In this document: positions 25,307 to 38,324 of the stretch, one piece after another
Layout: the number at the start of each line of letters is the position of its first letter
How positions within the stretch are numbered: the stretch's first letter is position 1
Assembly: GCF_009914755.1 (NCBI RefSeq)
Contig: NC_060929.1
Strand: one strand, 5' to 3'
Origin: the human T2T-CHM13v2.0 reference genome, Homo sapiens
DNA length: 64,000 nt
Notes under the pieces: model-generated
Seen by the model: the letters and a program-made list of their open reading frames with translations, nothing else
Databases searched by the model: none
What the model was told of the DNA's origin: nothing
Position numbers and translations under genes: made by a program

Positions 25307-27372
25307 CTAGGAAGAGAGAAGGGTGCTTAGCCTCCATCCTTCTACTGTGGGAGCGGCCCTGGGATCTGCTGCCCAGAGCCCAGCTCTCCTAGCCAGGAAG
25401 GAGGAGGTCTCAGGAAGGAAACGTAGGCTCTTCCCCAGATGCAGTCTCTGTGAGGGTCTCATTCCAGACCCTCGCCTCTGATGGATGTGGCTGTGGTGTC
25501 TCGCCATGCCCTCCCTTGGGTACCAAGCCCTGGCTGTGTGAACTGCCTTTGGGTCCTTAGCAGAGATTCACCCCGAGAGCCTTCACACTTGCTACTCTCC
25601 TTGCTGGGAACCCGTATCTTTACAGGTTGCCTGGCTGGCTTCTTCTCATTCTTTAGTCCTTGGCTTCAATGACATTTCATCAAGGAAGCCTTCTCTGAGT
25701 CCCCCATATCAAGTGGGATACTTCAGCCCTATCATATCTTTTCCCTCATTCCCTTTCATTCTCCCCATAGCACCCATGGGAGTGTGCGGTGACTGGTTTC
25801 TGTGCTCGCCTTGCACCTTGGACTCTACATACACGAGGGTAGGGTCTGTTTGCCTCTGCATATCCAGAAACTAGCGTTATGTCATCACAGGCACTTTATA
25901 TGCATCTGTGGACTGAAACAATGGGACTGATGGAGAGATGAGGGGATGATGGCAGCTATCCCTTCCTGAGTGTTTACTACAGGACTGGGACCATGCCACG
26001 CACTTTATAAATCCATTGTCTCATTCATTCCTGTCACAGCGACCCTATGAAGGAGGTAACATTATCTTCCTTTTCTCACATGAGGAAAGTGAAGCTTGGG
26101 GAGCTTATTTAAGCGGGGCAGACAGCCCTTGAGTGGCTGTAGGATGATACAGCAATGAAGGGCTTGAGAGTGGCTGTTTCGGGGTTGGAGTCCAGGCTCT
26201 GACACTCAGTAGCTGTGTGAAGCGGGGCAAGTTACTTCATGGGTCAGAGCTGGTTCCCTGAATGCTTTGGGACTCTGCCCTTCTGGGCATCTTAGGTGTC
26301 TTTGGATTTCCAATGTGGAGGTACCTAGGAGGGGCTAAATATGGACTAAAATGGACCAGTTCACTGATGTTAGCTCCCAACCCATTGTCCTCTCCTGTTG
26401 ACATCACTCGTTCATTCGATTCATTCCTTTACTCAACAATTATATGCCGGGCATCTGCTTGTGCTCTTGGCACAGATCTAAACATTAAGGATGCAGCAGT
26501 GAACAAAACAGCCACAAATCCCTGTCCTTCGGGATCTTATATGATGGTGGGCAGATAATATATGATTAACAGCAAGTTAGTGAATGACACAGTATGTTAG
26601 GACATGGTTAGTGCTTTGTAATATTAAGGGGCAGGGCTAGAGGGATTGGGGCTATGGCAGAGGGGTAGAACGGGGTGAGGCAGGTGACCCTTGAGCAAAG
26701 GTGGAAGGGAGAGAGGCTAGGGGGAGGGAGGCTGGGGGAGGGTGCTCCAGGGAGTGCCAAGTTCCAAGGTTGGAGTGGGCTTGGATCATGGGAAAATGGC
26801 GAGGAGCCCCACGGAGCTAGAATGGAGAGAGGGAGGGGACAGGCAGGGCATGAGGGGCCAGATGACGTGGGGCCGGCCTTTAGGCCCTCCTCTAACTTCG
26901 GCTTTGATTCCAAGTGCAGTAGGCATAGGGCAGCAACAGGAGGTGTGGCAGCAGCCTTTGCTTCTGCCTTCTAAAGGGTCTTTGGGGAAGGTTAGAGACG
27001 GGACAATAAACCAGCGACTAAGGATAACAGAGCCACATGGAAATACGACGAGCAGCTGTAAAACACACACGTGTTGAGCACTTTCTACACCTAGGCCCTT
27101 GCTGTGTGTTTTACAAGCATCACCACATTCAATCCTCATAACCATCCTAGGAGGTAGATTATGCAGAAGGGAAATGGAAACACACAGAGATGAAGTCACT
27201 TTCCCAAGGTCACACAGCTAACAAGAGGCACAGCCAGGATCTGAACCTAGGAAATTTGGCTCTAGAGTCTTACCCATTATTCCACAGAGGCTCCCTTCCC
27301 ACGACAGCGCACTACCCGGGCAGGAGCACTCCTTTAGGTGCCCAGAAAGCTGGGTTCTAATTCTGGTCCTGA

Positions 27373-27709
<337 letters not shown>

Positions 27710-28059
27710 GCCAGTGACATCTTTTTAAAACCCCTGTCTGGTGATGTCTTACTTAAGGTCTACTTAAAGGTCCCAGTCTTCCTAATGTGCTCTGGACAAA
27801 GACGAGATGGCCCACAGCAGTCCTGCAGCCTGACCCTGGCTTCCTCTTCAGCCTTGCCTTATGTCATGCCCTCCCTCATTCAGCACTGTGACCATGCTGA
27901 CAGATGTTCAGTCCCACATATTTGCTCTGTTGCGACCAACCACAGGGCCCTTGGACATGCCCTTCCCTCTGAAGGAACTGCACCGTCCACTTTCTTCAAC
28001 AGCTAACTCCCACTTACCTTCCAGAATACAGCTCCAGTGTTTCTCAACAAAGCCCCTGG

Positions 28060-28361
<302 letters not shown>

Positions 28362-28621
28362 TTCCAGCTTGGGTTTTCAAATCACTGTGGACATGCTTTC
28401 TGTGGCAATTCACTATGCTGTGAGTTCCAGGAAGGAGGGGCCGGGTGTGTGCAGCCTCAACACCTAGACGATGCCTGCCTGGCACATACAGAAAGCCTGA
28501 CGAGTTTTTAAGTGGACAGACAGATAGATGAGCCTGGCTAGAGGTAGCAGGGAGCTGGGAGGAGAGAGCGCTGCAGAGTGGGACCCCAGAGTCCGTGGGC
28601 AGTGGACCCAGGAGAACTTAC

Positions 28622-28765
28622 ATGGTGGACAGGGAGACAAGCGTGGTGAAGGCCCCAGGGGTGATGGTGGTGATCCGATTGTCATAGAGGGACAGCAGTC
28701 TCACCGAACTCAGGCCGGCAAAGGTGTCATTACTCACACAGCTGATCAAGTTACTCCTCAGCATC
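28622..28765 (-). CDS. SLIT3: SLIT3 exon 18 (144 nt: [47 protein letters not shown])
   Basis: cctgtag|GATGCTGAGG...TCCACCAT|gtaagt; ORF 28618..28830; phase 2-2. Confidence 0.96.
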
Positions 28766-29530
28766 CTACAGGGAGAGGGGTGGGGATGAGAGAGCACAGG
28801 CATGATCTTTTCTGTCCCAAATGGTGCCACGGTGGTGTGTGTGTGTGTATAGGTGAGATGCTTTTGCCAATTCTAAGCTCAGTCCAGCCATGTTGATCAG
28901 GTTTGTCCTGTGATAGCAGGGACTGGAGCCCCACTGGGGCTGTGTGTAAATGTGTATGTACATTATTGTTTGTGCATGCTTTCTTGGAAGCACATGTCAT
29001 GCATATGTGTGTATACACACGCATATTGTGTGGCTGCTAGGGTGTGCACACATATTTCTGGGAAGAGAAGAGAGAATCAAGACGTGGTTGTAGACATCAG
29101 CTTGTATGTATGTGTGTGCTTGTGTGTCTGTGCCTGTTTGTATATATGTTTATGTGCATGTTGCACGTGTCTGCATATATCATTTTTATAAAGGTCCTTA
29201 TGCTTATGTTTGTGGGTAAATGTCTGTTTGTGTGCCTCCTTCAGCAAGTTCCTGGTATAAATCTATATACGTGTATACACGAGAGTGGGTGACTATGTTG
29301 GGTGTGTGTGTGGTGTGTGTGTGTGAGTGTGTATGCTGGAGGTGTTCAGCATGCTAAATTCTTTCCCATCCAAGGCTCCAGAATGTCTGATGACTCTGAC
29401 TCCAGGAAGAGAGGGATTCAGCAGGCCAAGACAGTGCCTGGGTCCCACTTGCCTTCGTAGTCTGTCTCTAATTCCCCTGCCCTCCCGTCTCCCTCTGGGT
29501 CTTGGCCCAGGCCCCACCCCAGGCACTCAC

Positions 29531-29674
29531 AAGGTTTTGAGGCCACTGAGGCCACGGAACACGCGCCCGTGCACGGTCTCCAGCTGGTTCCCTGTCAGCA
29601 TCAGCTCCTGCACGCTGGCTGCTCCATCGAAAGCTCCCTCTCGCACCTCCTTGATCTTATTGTTACTCAGATTT
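29531..29674 (-). CDS. SLIT3: SLIT3 exon 17 (144 nt: [47 protein letters not shown])
   Basis: cttctag|AAATCTGAG...AAAACCTT|gtgagt; phase 2-2. Confidence 0.96.
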
Positions 29675-29911
29675 CTAGAAGGAAGAAACAGAATAGGGGA
29701 GAATCAAAAGGAGCAGATGGTCTTGATGCCGGGAGGGGATGACTTGCCCTGCAGCTGCTGGGGACTCTCTGGGGCCCCTGAGACTGAGGACTGGATGGTG
29801 GAAGGAGCTCAGTCTGGGGCTCCCTGAACTTTGGTCTTCAGCATCTGGCCCAGGGAGCAGGGACCCTGGCCCTATACAGGTGAAGCTACCTTTGTGAAAC
29901 AGACTGTATGG

Positions 29912-30440
29912 TCAGTGGATGAATGGATCAAGAAAATGTGGTGTATATATGCACAATGGAAGACTATTTGGCCATAAAAAGAATGAAAACCTGTCATTTG
30001 CAGCAACATGAATGGCACTGGAGGTCACTGTGTTAAGTGAAATGAGCCAGGCACAGCAAGGCAAATATCATACGCTCCTACTCATATGTGGGAGCTAAAA
30101 AAGTTGATCTCATGGAGGGAGACAGTAGAAGGATGGTTACCAGAGGCTGGGAAGGTTTGAGGGAGATGAAGAGAGGTTGGTTAATGGGGGAGCTAAAAGG
30201 AATAAGTTCTAGTGTTAGATAGGGTGACAGTCACAGTAGGGTGACTATAGTTAACAACAATATGTATTTCAAAATAGCTAGAAGAAAAGATTTGAAATAC
30301 CTCCAACACAAAGAAATGATAGATGTTAGAAGTGACGGATATCCTAAATATCCTGTTTGATCACTGTACATTGCATGCATGTATCAAAATATCACGTGTC
30401 CCATAAATATGTATAATTGTTATGTATCAATTTAAAAAAA
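29912..30440 (+). mobile_element. 5'-truncated old L1 (L1MA-type) 3' end
   Basis: gatgaatggatcaagaaaatgtggtgtata...A-tail; decayed TSD aaacagactgtatgg / aaacaggctggatgg. Confidence 0.88.
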
Positions 30441-31025
30441 CAGGCTGGATGGGATTTGAAGTTTTTTTCTGTGTAATTGTCTTTTCAATGCTCTGGGGGA
30501 CTGACAGAGTTAAAATAGTGACTCTCAAACTTATTTTCTGTCTTCATTAGAGATTCTCACTAAGCACTGATTTTCAAGAGGAAGGCAGGAGAAAAATATA
30601 AAGCATGCTCCCCACTCCTTGGGACTAGGGCATTTGTGGAACTTCTAAGCTTTCTCACCAGTTAAGGATCCCTGATACAAATAAATTGGTGCTTTCCAGT
30701 TACTATTGTTGACCACTTCTTATGTGCTAGGCACCTCATGAGGGATCTGACCAACACAACCACATCAAACCCTCAAAACGATGGCTGTCGGACTCATTTA
30801 TTATTATCGTCTCATTTTACGGATGATGGGACTGAGGTTCACAGAGATTAACTAACTTGCTTGCAGTCACCCAGCTGACAGAACTGGGATTTGAAGCCAG
30901 GTTTTCTGGCATATCAAATGTACTCCATTGAACCTCTTCTTTCATAAGTGAGTATTCCTTTGACTATGTGGATATTACTTCTTTACAAAATTCAAGATTT
31001 TGGATATTGTATTTGCTTAAAGTGA

Positions 31026-31370
<345 letters not shown>

Positions 31371-32913
31371 GGTGCTGCCATTTCTGAGTCTGCCCCTGAG
31401 GTCTGAAAGCAGCCCTTCCCTCCGAGGCTGCATGCTGACATCCTGCACAGACCTCAAGAGAGATCAGAACAGCAAGCAGATGCTGCAGAGCCATTAGCAC
31501 TGCGAGTTCGCAGTTCTCCCTGGCAGGGTTGCTGGGGGGCTTGTGTGGACCATCAAAATGCCTGGCCCTGGAAAGCATCCCTGGCCAGATGGATGAACTG
31601 AAGGTGATGACAGTGTTTATACTAGCTCAGGGGAGAGTCCAGCCTCCCAAGCAGACAGCCTATTCAGAGCCTTGCATGGGGAACCATCTTCTGCAAACAA
31701 GGAAATCGCAGGTGGAGGTGGAGCCCGTGAACTCACAGAGCACACGAAAGCTGGCAGAATTGGCGGGCTCGCAGAGATAGACCAGGACCATTTTACTGCT
31801 GAAGATACTGAGTCCCAGAGCAGGAGGGCACTGCTCCAGGTCACAGAGCATTGGAAGGGGATCTAGGACCATACCAAGTCCCTGGTCTGAGCTCTGGGCT
31901 GACCCACAACAATGCCAGGGGGCGAGAACTCCCTTAGGGACTGACTTGGAGCAAGTGACAGAATTGGGGACTCAATGCAGGCTGACTGCCCTCTTCCCAA
32001 GGAGGGACCAGGCCCCCAGGGTGAGGCCATGCCTGCGCTTGTGGGCAGGTGTGGAGGAAACAGCCGGTGCCTTGGTTCCCTCCTTACTCCTTGGCATGAC
32101 CTCGTTCTCCTTCTCTCCTTCCCATCCTGCCAGGAAAACAGGAGTAAGCATTCCCAGCATCCCTCGCCCAAGGTCTGAGACAGTCAGCAGACTCGCAGAC
32201 TGGATTTCCACTCCCTGCCTGGTTCTCCTTAAACTTGGCCGGTTTTCTTATAAATCCTGGTAGCCCTGGTCTGGGATAACCCAGGAATGAAGGTAATGCC
32301 CTGAGGAGACTGCCAATTACCCCCAAATGAGACGCAGGAGGAGAGATAAAGGCTCTCCAGCAGCTGTAAGTCACCCGAATGCCAGAAGAGAAGGCTTTTG
32401 CTCCAGAGTTGAGCTTCTTTGTTGGGGAGGGTGGGGATTAAAATACAAGTGATGGGCAATGCAGATGAGTTAAAGCAGCTATGAAGTGGGAGGGTTCCCA
32501 TTTCCTGACATCTGTTTCTTTAAATGAGCAAAATTAACATCACATTACTGTAAGGTTTGTGAATTGGATTTCCTCAGGCTGGGAGAATGGAAAACAGAAG
32601 GAGAGTAAAAAAGAGGGGGATATAATTTTCCAGAAAAGCTGGCTGCTGCCGTCTCTACATCCATCAAAGCACTGCTCGCAACTACAGGCAGCAGTAGCTG
32701 AAGGACAGAAAGTGCAGCCTGGGGCAAACACTCCAGAAACAAAACAAGTGCATGGAGGTTTTGTAAGAGCCGATCACATTCTTAGAGCAGTATCTTGCCC
32801 CAGATCCCAGGAAACCACAAAATGTAAAACCAGGGCCACCCAGGGGGCTTCTCTCCATCTTTGGGTTAGTTCAGAGCCCCTGAGGGTTTCTTGGTGAGGG
32901 TTAAGTGCATTAA

Positions 32914-33369
<456 letters not shown>

Positions 33370-34461
33370 CAACCCCTGTTTTAAATATATAACCAGCTAC
33401 TCTGGGTCACTCAACTCAGATGCCCTCTCCTGTCTTTCCACACCCTGTCTCCCCAGTACCACAGCCATGTCTTTCATCTTTATTTCCTCATATTTCTGAT
33501 CCACATCATAACTTATAAGGAAGGTGGATTTATTTCTATTATGTAAATGATGAAACTAAGGCTCAGAAAGGCTAAGGACATTCCTGGTGTCACATAACTG
33601 GGAAGGGCAGAGCTGAACTCAGAACTCACATAGGCTTGTCTGCCCATTTTCCTTCCACACCGGGAGTTGTGGCAGCTCTTGAGAAATGGAAACATTTGGC
33701 AGCCCTCACTTTTATTCCAACATGGCAAGCACTGGGATGAGCTGAGTGACATCTGTCCCTTTTGATGAGATCTAGGCCCATATTTTTCCAGAGACCTCAC
33801 CACTCCCTTTTGTTGCTTGGTTGCTGATGCTGGGAGTTGGTTGACACTTATCATGTGTTTGTGCTGTTGTTTTCTGGGGCATACAGAAATATTCTCTACA
33901 CTCATGTTCCTATCAAAACTGGGAGGATGAAAGATTCCAAGTGCTTGAGTTTCACCTCAAATGGGAGAGTACGTATTTCTTCGCAGAAGCAAAGACTAGC
34001 AGATCCTGTTCAGAAGACAAATATGCGCTTGGCCAGCTTGATTCATCTTAATATCTGCCTCACGCCCACAGGCCTGTAAGTTTCTGTCTTCAGGTTAAAA
34101 ACAAAGTACATTTCTCTGGTTTGAAATAAAAAGAATAATTCCTGGTAGGTGATGGGTGATGTTTGTGTTGGGACCCTGAAGCTAGTGGGGCACTGGACCC
34201 CAGTGACAGCCATGATCCTCACCCAAGTGTGCCCTTCTCTCAGCTGGCCCCCCAACGTGCTCTCCACTGCACCCGGTTACACAGCATTCGCTGGAGCCAT
34301 GACCAAGGTGGTGGCTGCAGGCAGGGACGGAGGGAGGAAAGCGATCTGAGTAGCACCAGTGAGATCCAGATGCTGCCCAGGGCCTAGAAGGCCTCTGTCA
34401 TATTTGTCTACAGGGAACTGATGGGTGGGAGCATGGGTAATGAGAAAAAAACGAGGTGGTA

Positions 34462-35457
34462 CAGTCCACTCTCATTATAAGTAAGCATCCCTAACCAGAA
34501 TGTCCGAAACTTTCTGAGTGCTGATATGATGCCACAAGTAGAAAATTCCACACCTGACACCTTTGCTTTCTGAAGGTTCAATGTACTTGAACTTTGTTTC
34601 ACGCATAAAATTATTAAAAATATCACATAGCTACCTTCAGGCTGTGTATATGGTGTACATGAAACACAAGTGAATTTCGTGTTTAGACTTGCATCCCAGC
34701 CTCATGACATCTCATTGTGTACATGTAAACATTCCAAAATCCAAAAAAATCTGGAATCTGAAACACTCCTGATCCCATGCATTTCAGATAAGGGATACTC
34801 AACCAGTACTCACAGTAGTTATGTTGTATACAGTTGCTGGGAACACTGCATTAGTGAATACCAAAGCATTGCTCTTAGGGAAATACAAGATTAGGGTCCT
34901 GCGAGCCTCTGGTCTCCACATTTTTATCAACCTATCGACGTATAACCTTGTTATATGTATGCTTCTGTTTAAAGATAGCTTATGTAATACATATGGCTGA
35001 TCCATAATGTTGAACTCATGGCCAGCAGCACTATAACTCAAGCCTGTAATAAAACTGCTCTCACGCACATATGTCCTCTGTAAGACACATCACAGCCTTT
35101 GCACACTTAGGATGGCTAGACAGCCCTTCGGCAGTATGTCTGGGGGGCCATTTTAAACAGCAAAATCACCAACAAAAACCACAAACATGCAAAACCCACG
35201 GCACTGAATATAACGCAAAAGGACACTGGTTTACAGCATGAGAGGTGACAGAAGAAGGCAGAGCGTGGCCTCGCTCGACCCCAGCTGAGAACGTGGGTGT
35301 GGGTGACTCTGTTTTTGTTTTGGTTTTTGTTTTGTTGTTCTGTGCACACCCGAGAATGACTGTGAAGGCACGGAGAGTCTTGACTTTGGACTTACACAAA
35401 TGTCAGTGAGTCGGCGAATTCTCAAATATGGAATCCATGAATCATGAGGATGGACTT
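34462..35457. mobile_element. MER82-like Tigger-family element
   Basis: Inverted termini cagtccactctcattat / atcatgaggatggactt; family name from memory. Confidence 0.6.
34479..34806. mobile_element. Tigger4a/Zombi-like MITE nested at a TA just inside the previous element's terminus
   Basis: Inverted ends aagcatccct... / ...agggatactcaacc; host sequence ctcatta|ctcacagtagttatg resumes after it. Confidence 0.7.
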
Positions 35458-36496
35458 TACTTCCCTGGTCTTCGAGGCACACCTGAACTCTGGGGCCAGG
35501 AGACATGAAGTAGGGGGTGGGGTAAGGCAGAGGGGCCAAAGAGTGCCCCCCTGGGGATTAGATGGTAAAGAGCCTCCTCTTCTGTGCTGGTACCTCTGCT
35601 GGGGGACCCCGCACGGAAGATGAGGAGAAGCAAGCCAGCCTCACACTAGCATGACTGCAGGTGGACCCAAGTCTGAATGCCAGCTCGGGGACCCATTAGC
35701 TGTGTGGTCTTAGAGAAGTCACAGAAACTTTTTGAGCCCTGGCTTCCTCACCTGCACAAAGGGGACTGTGAAGCCAGCACTGGATGGGTGGGTGAAGACT
35801 CAGTGAGACAATGGGTGTGACGCAGGGAGCATGGTCCTTAGCTCAGGACAAGGACTCTACTGGTGCACCAACATCATTCTCATTACCTTTATGACTAGGT
35901 CTGAGCTCCTGTGCAGGGAGAGGGTTAGGATGATCTGCATCTCTGGCAGTGGAGAAGCCAACATAGGCAAGTGGGCCCTTGCCTAGGCCAAGGCATGGTC
36001 AGACCCACGGACTCCTGGAGGAAACCCACTGTGGGAAGCTGCTGGCATGTTCATTCTGATGTGTATCACTGATGCAGGGGTCTTTTGATTCCATTTGAAA
36101 ACAGACATTTAACTGTCACCACACAAAAATTGCCAAATAGCATATACCTTAGATACCCGTGCCCCATTGCTAGTCCTTACCTGAGTCCCACCCACCAGCC
36201 CTGGGGTAGGTGTTGGATGGCGTGTAGGGGTGGGGTGAGCAGAGGGTCCAGGGAGGGGTCAGGGATGGTGTGGAATGCTCGCTCTGTATAACACTCAACT
36301 GAAACCATGAAGCATCACTTTGGTCTGTGTCTACATGTCTTGCTTCCTAACAGAGGCCACAGCGGGGCTGAGGAGAAGGCTGGGAGGGAGTGGAGCAGAG
36401 GCTGGGGGAGAGGCCGGTCCCCTGGTTCCTCTAGTCTAGAACACAGGCTCTGGCTAGAGAACAGAGGCTGCTGCCAAGTTCCTGAAGTTGACTTAC

Positions 36497-36571
36497 ATTT
36501 TCCGCAGGTTGGGCAACTTCTTGAAGATGCCAGTGGCCTCCAGAACAGATACCTCATTGTCATTCAGTCGC
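36497..36571 (-). CDS. SLIT3: SLIT3 exon 16 (75 nt: [24 protein letters not shown])
   Basis: tacacag|GCGACTG...CGGAAAAT|gtaagt; end of ORF 36493..36846; phase 2-2. Confidence 0.95.
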
Positions 36572-37379
36572 CTGTGTAGGAAGCAAGATGAGTGGTAGGT
36601 TAGCTGTGGACGAGGCCCCTCCTTCCACCCCCCATGGCTTTGCTGCATTGCTGCCTGAACCTCACACTCGGTGAAGGACCACAGAGCCATCGGAAGCTTT
36701 GACATCAGTCCCATCAACAGAGGGGCCCAGCAGTTTGGGGAGGCATATGCAGTGCTGCTTCCTCCTTCTCCTGGAGGAAGCCTCCTTCGGCTGGGGTTTA
36801 GGGGACTTTCTGAGTATTCCGCGTGGGCATGCGTTGTTTTCAGCACCCATCAATTACCAAGGATCTGTTTTCATTTTGTGGACATACCAATGACAACTTA
36901 AAACCCCCAGGAAGGTTTCTCCAGGGTCTCCCAACCCTCCAAGCCCTTCAGCTCCTTCCTAAGCACTTCCCTCTACCAGGAGCAGCTCGGGAACTTCACA
37001 GGTATTCAGGGAGAGCAGCAGGGCAGGGAAAGGGGCCTGCTGTTTCCTCTGATGACTTGTGAAATTAGAGAGGACAACAATAATAATAATAATGAAGACC
37101 ACTACCACTCATCCAGGGCTTACTCTGTGCCAGGATTCAAGATGAGTTCCATGCTTGCATCATCTTTCTTAGTCTCCCCAACCACTGTAGGAGGTAGGCA
37201 TTAATTATCTCCCCCATTTGACAGCTAAGAAACTGAGTCTCAGATCCAAGGAGCAAATGGCCTAATCTTAGGAAGCCTGCCAGAGTCAGGTGTCAGCCCC
37301 ATGTCTGTCGGTCCCCACATGCTGTGCCTTTGTCCTCCACGAGGCTATAACTTTTCAAAAATTTTTTAATTAAAAAAAA

Positions 37380-37704
37380 TTTTTTTTTCCAGATACCGGG
37401 TCTCACTCTGTGGCCCAGGCTGGAGTGCAGTGGTATGATCATAGCTCACTGCAGCCTTGAATTCCTAGACTCATGTGATTCTCCTGCCTTAGCCTCTCCG
37501 GTAGCTGAGACCACAGGTGCATGCCACTATCATGCCCAGCTAATAAAAAAAAAAAATTTTTTTTTTTTTTTTGTAGAGACTGGGGTAAGGGAGTGGGGTC
37601 TCACTATGTTGCCCAGGATAGTACTGAACTCCTGGCCTCAAGTGATCCTCTCCCCCTGGCCTCCCAAAGTGCTGGGATTACAGGCATGACCCACCAACCA
37701 TGGC
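37380..37704 (-). mobile_element. AluJ
   Basis: atcatagctcactgcagccttga and ctcactatgttgcccagg; TSD gctataa(c/t)tttt. Confidence 0.9.
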
Positions 37705-38173
37705 CCAGCTATAATTTTTTAGCTCTTTTTTTTTTGATAAACCAACACATCCCTTTATTAACATGGCTAATTGGAGGCTCAGATATATTTAATCATTCTA
37801 GTTGTTTTCTCACTTCACTACCATTCTTCATTTAGCACCCAACTTTCTGGTTTTACTGTAAGCTCCGTAAGGGTTGGCAGGGACTACCTGCTCTGCTCTG
37901 TTGTAGAAACTGGTGGGCCTAGCATGATGCCGGCTCACAGTAGGTGTTCAGAAAATATGTGTAGAATGAAGGAATGAACTGTCTTTATTTGCAAGCAAGC
38001 TGTCCACAGGAGATGCCTGGGTATCTACCTTCAGACCAGTATGTGAAAGACAGCCAACAAACACCACATGACTGAGCCAGGAAGGGGTCACCGCCAGGAG
38101 ACCCTGCCCACGCTGGCTCCGGGTGACTGGCGTGTGGGGAGGAGTAGGGAGTTCACGCCGAGGTTGGACTTAC

Positions 38174-38324
38174 AGGTCGGTGACATATTCAGGGAGGTGG
38201 CTTGGGATGCGGACCAGCTTCTGGTTGGAGCAGTCCACAATCGTGCCCTCACAGCGACACTTCTCGGGGCACACGAGGTCCATGAAGCACTCGCTGCTGA
38301 ACCTGCTGCGGTAATCCTCGGAGC
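38174..38324 (-). CDS. SLIT3: SLIT3 exon 15 (151 nt, linker + LRR-NT of D3: [49 protein letters not shown])
   Basis: ctcccag|GCTCCGAGG...ACCGACCT|gtaagt; CPxxCxC motif; overlaps ORF 38170..38373; phase 1-2. Confidence 0.96.
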
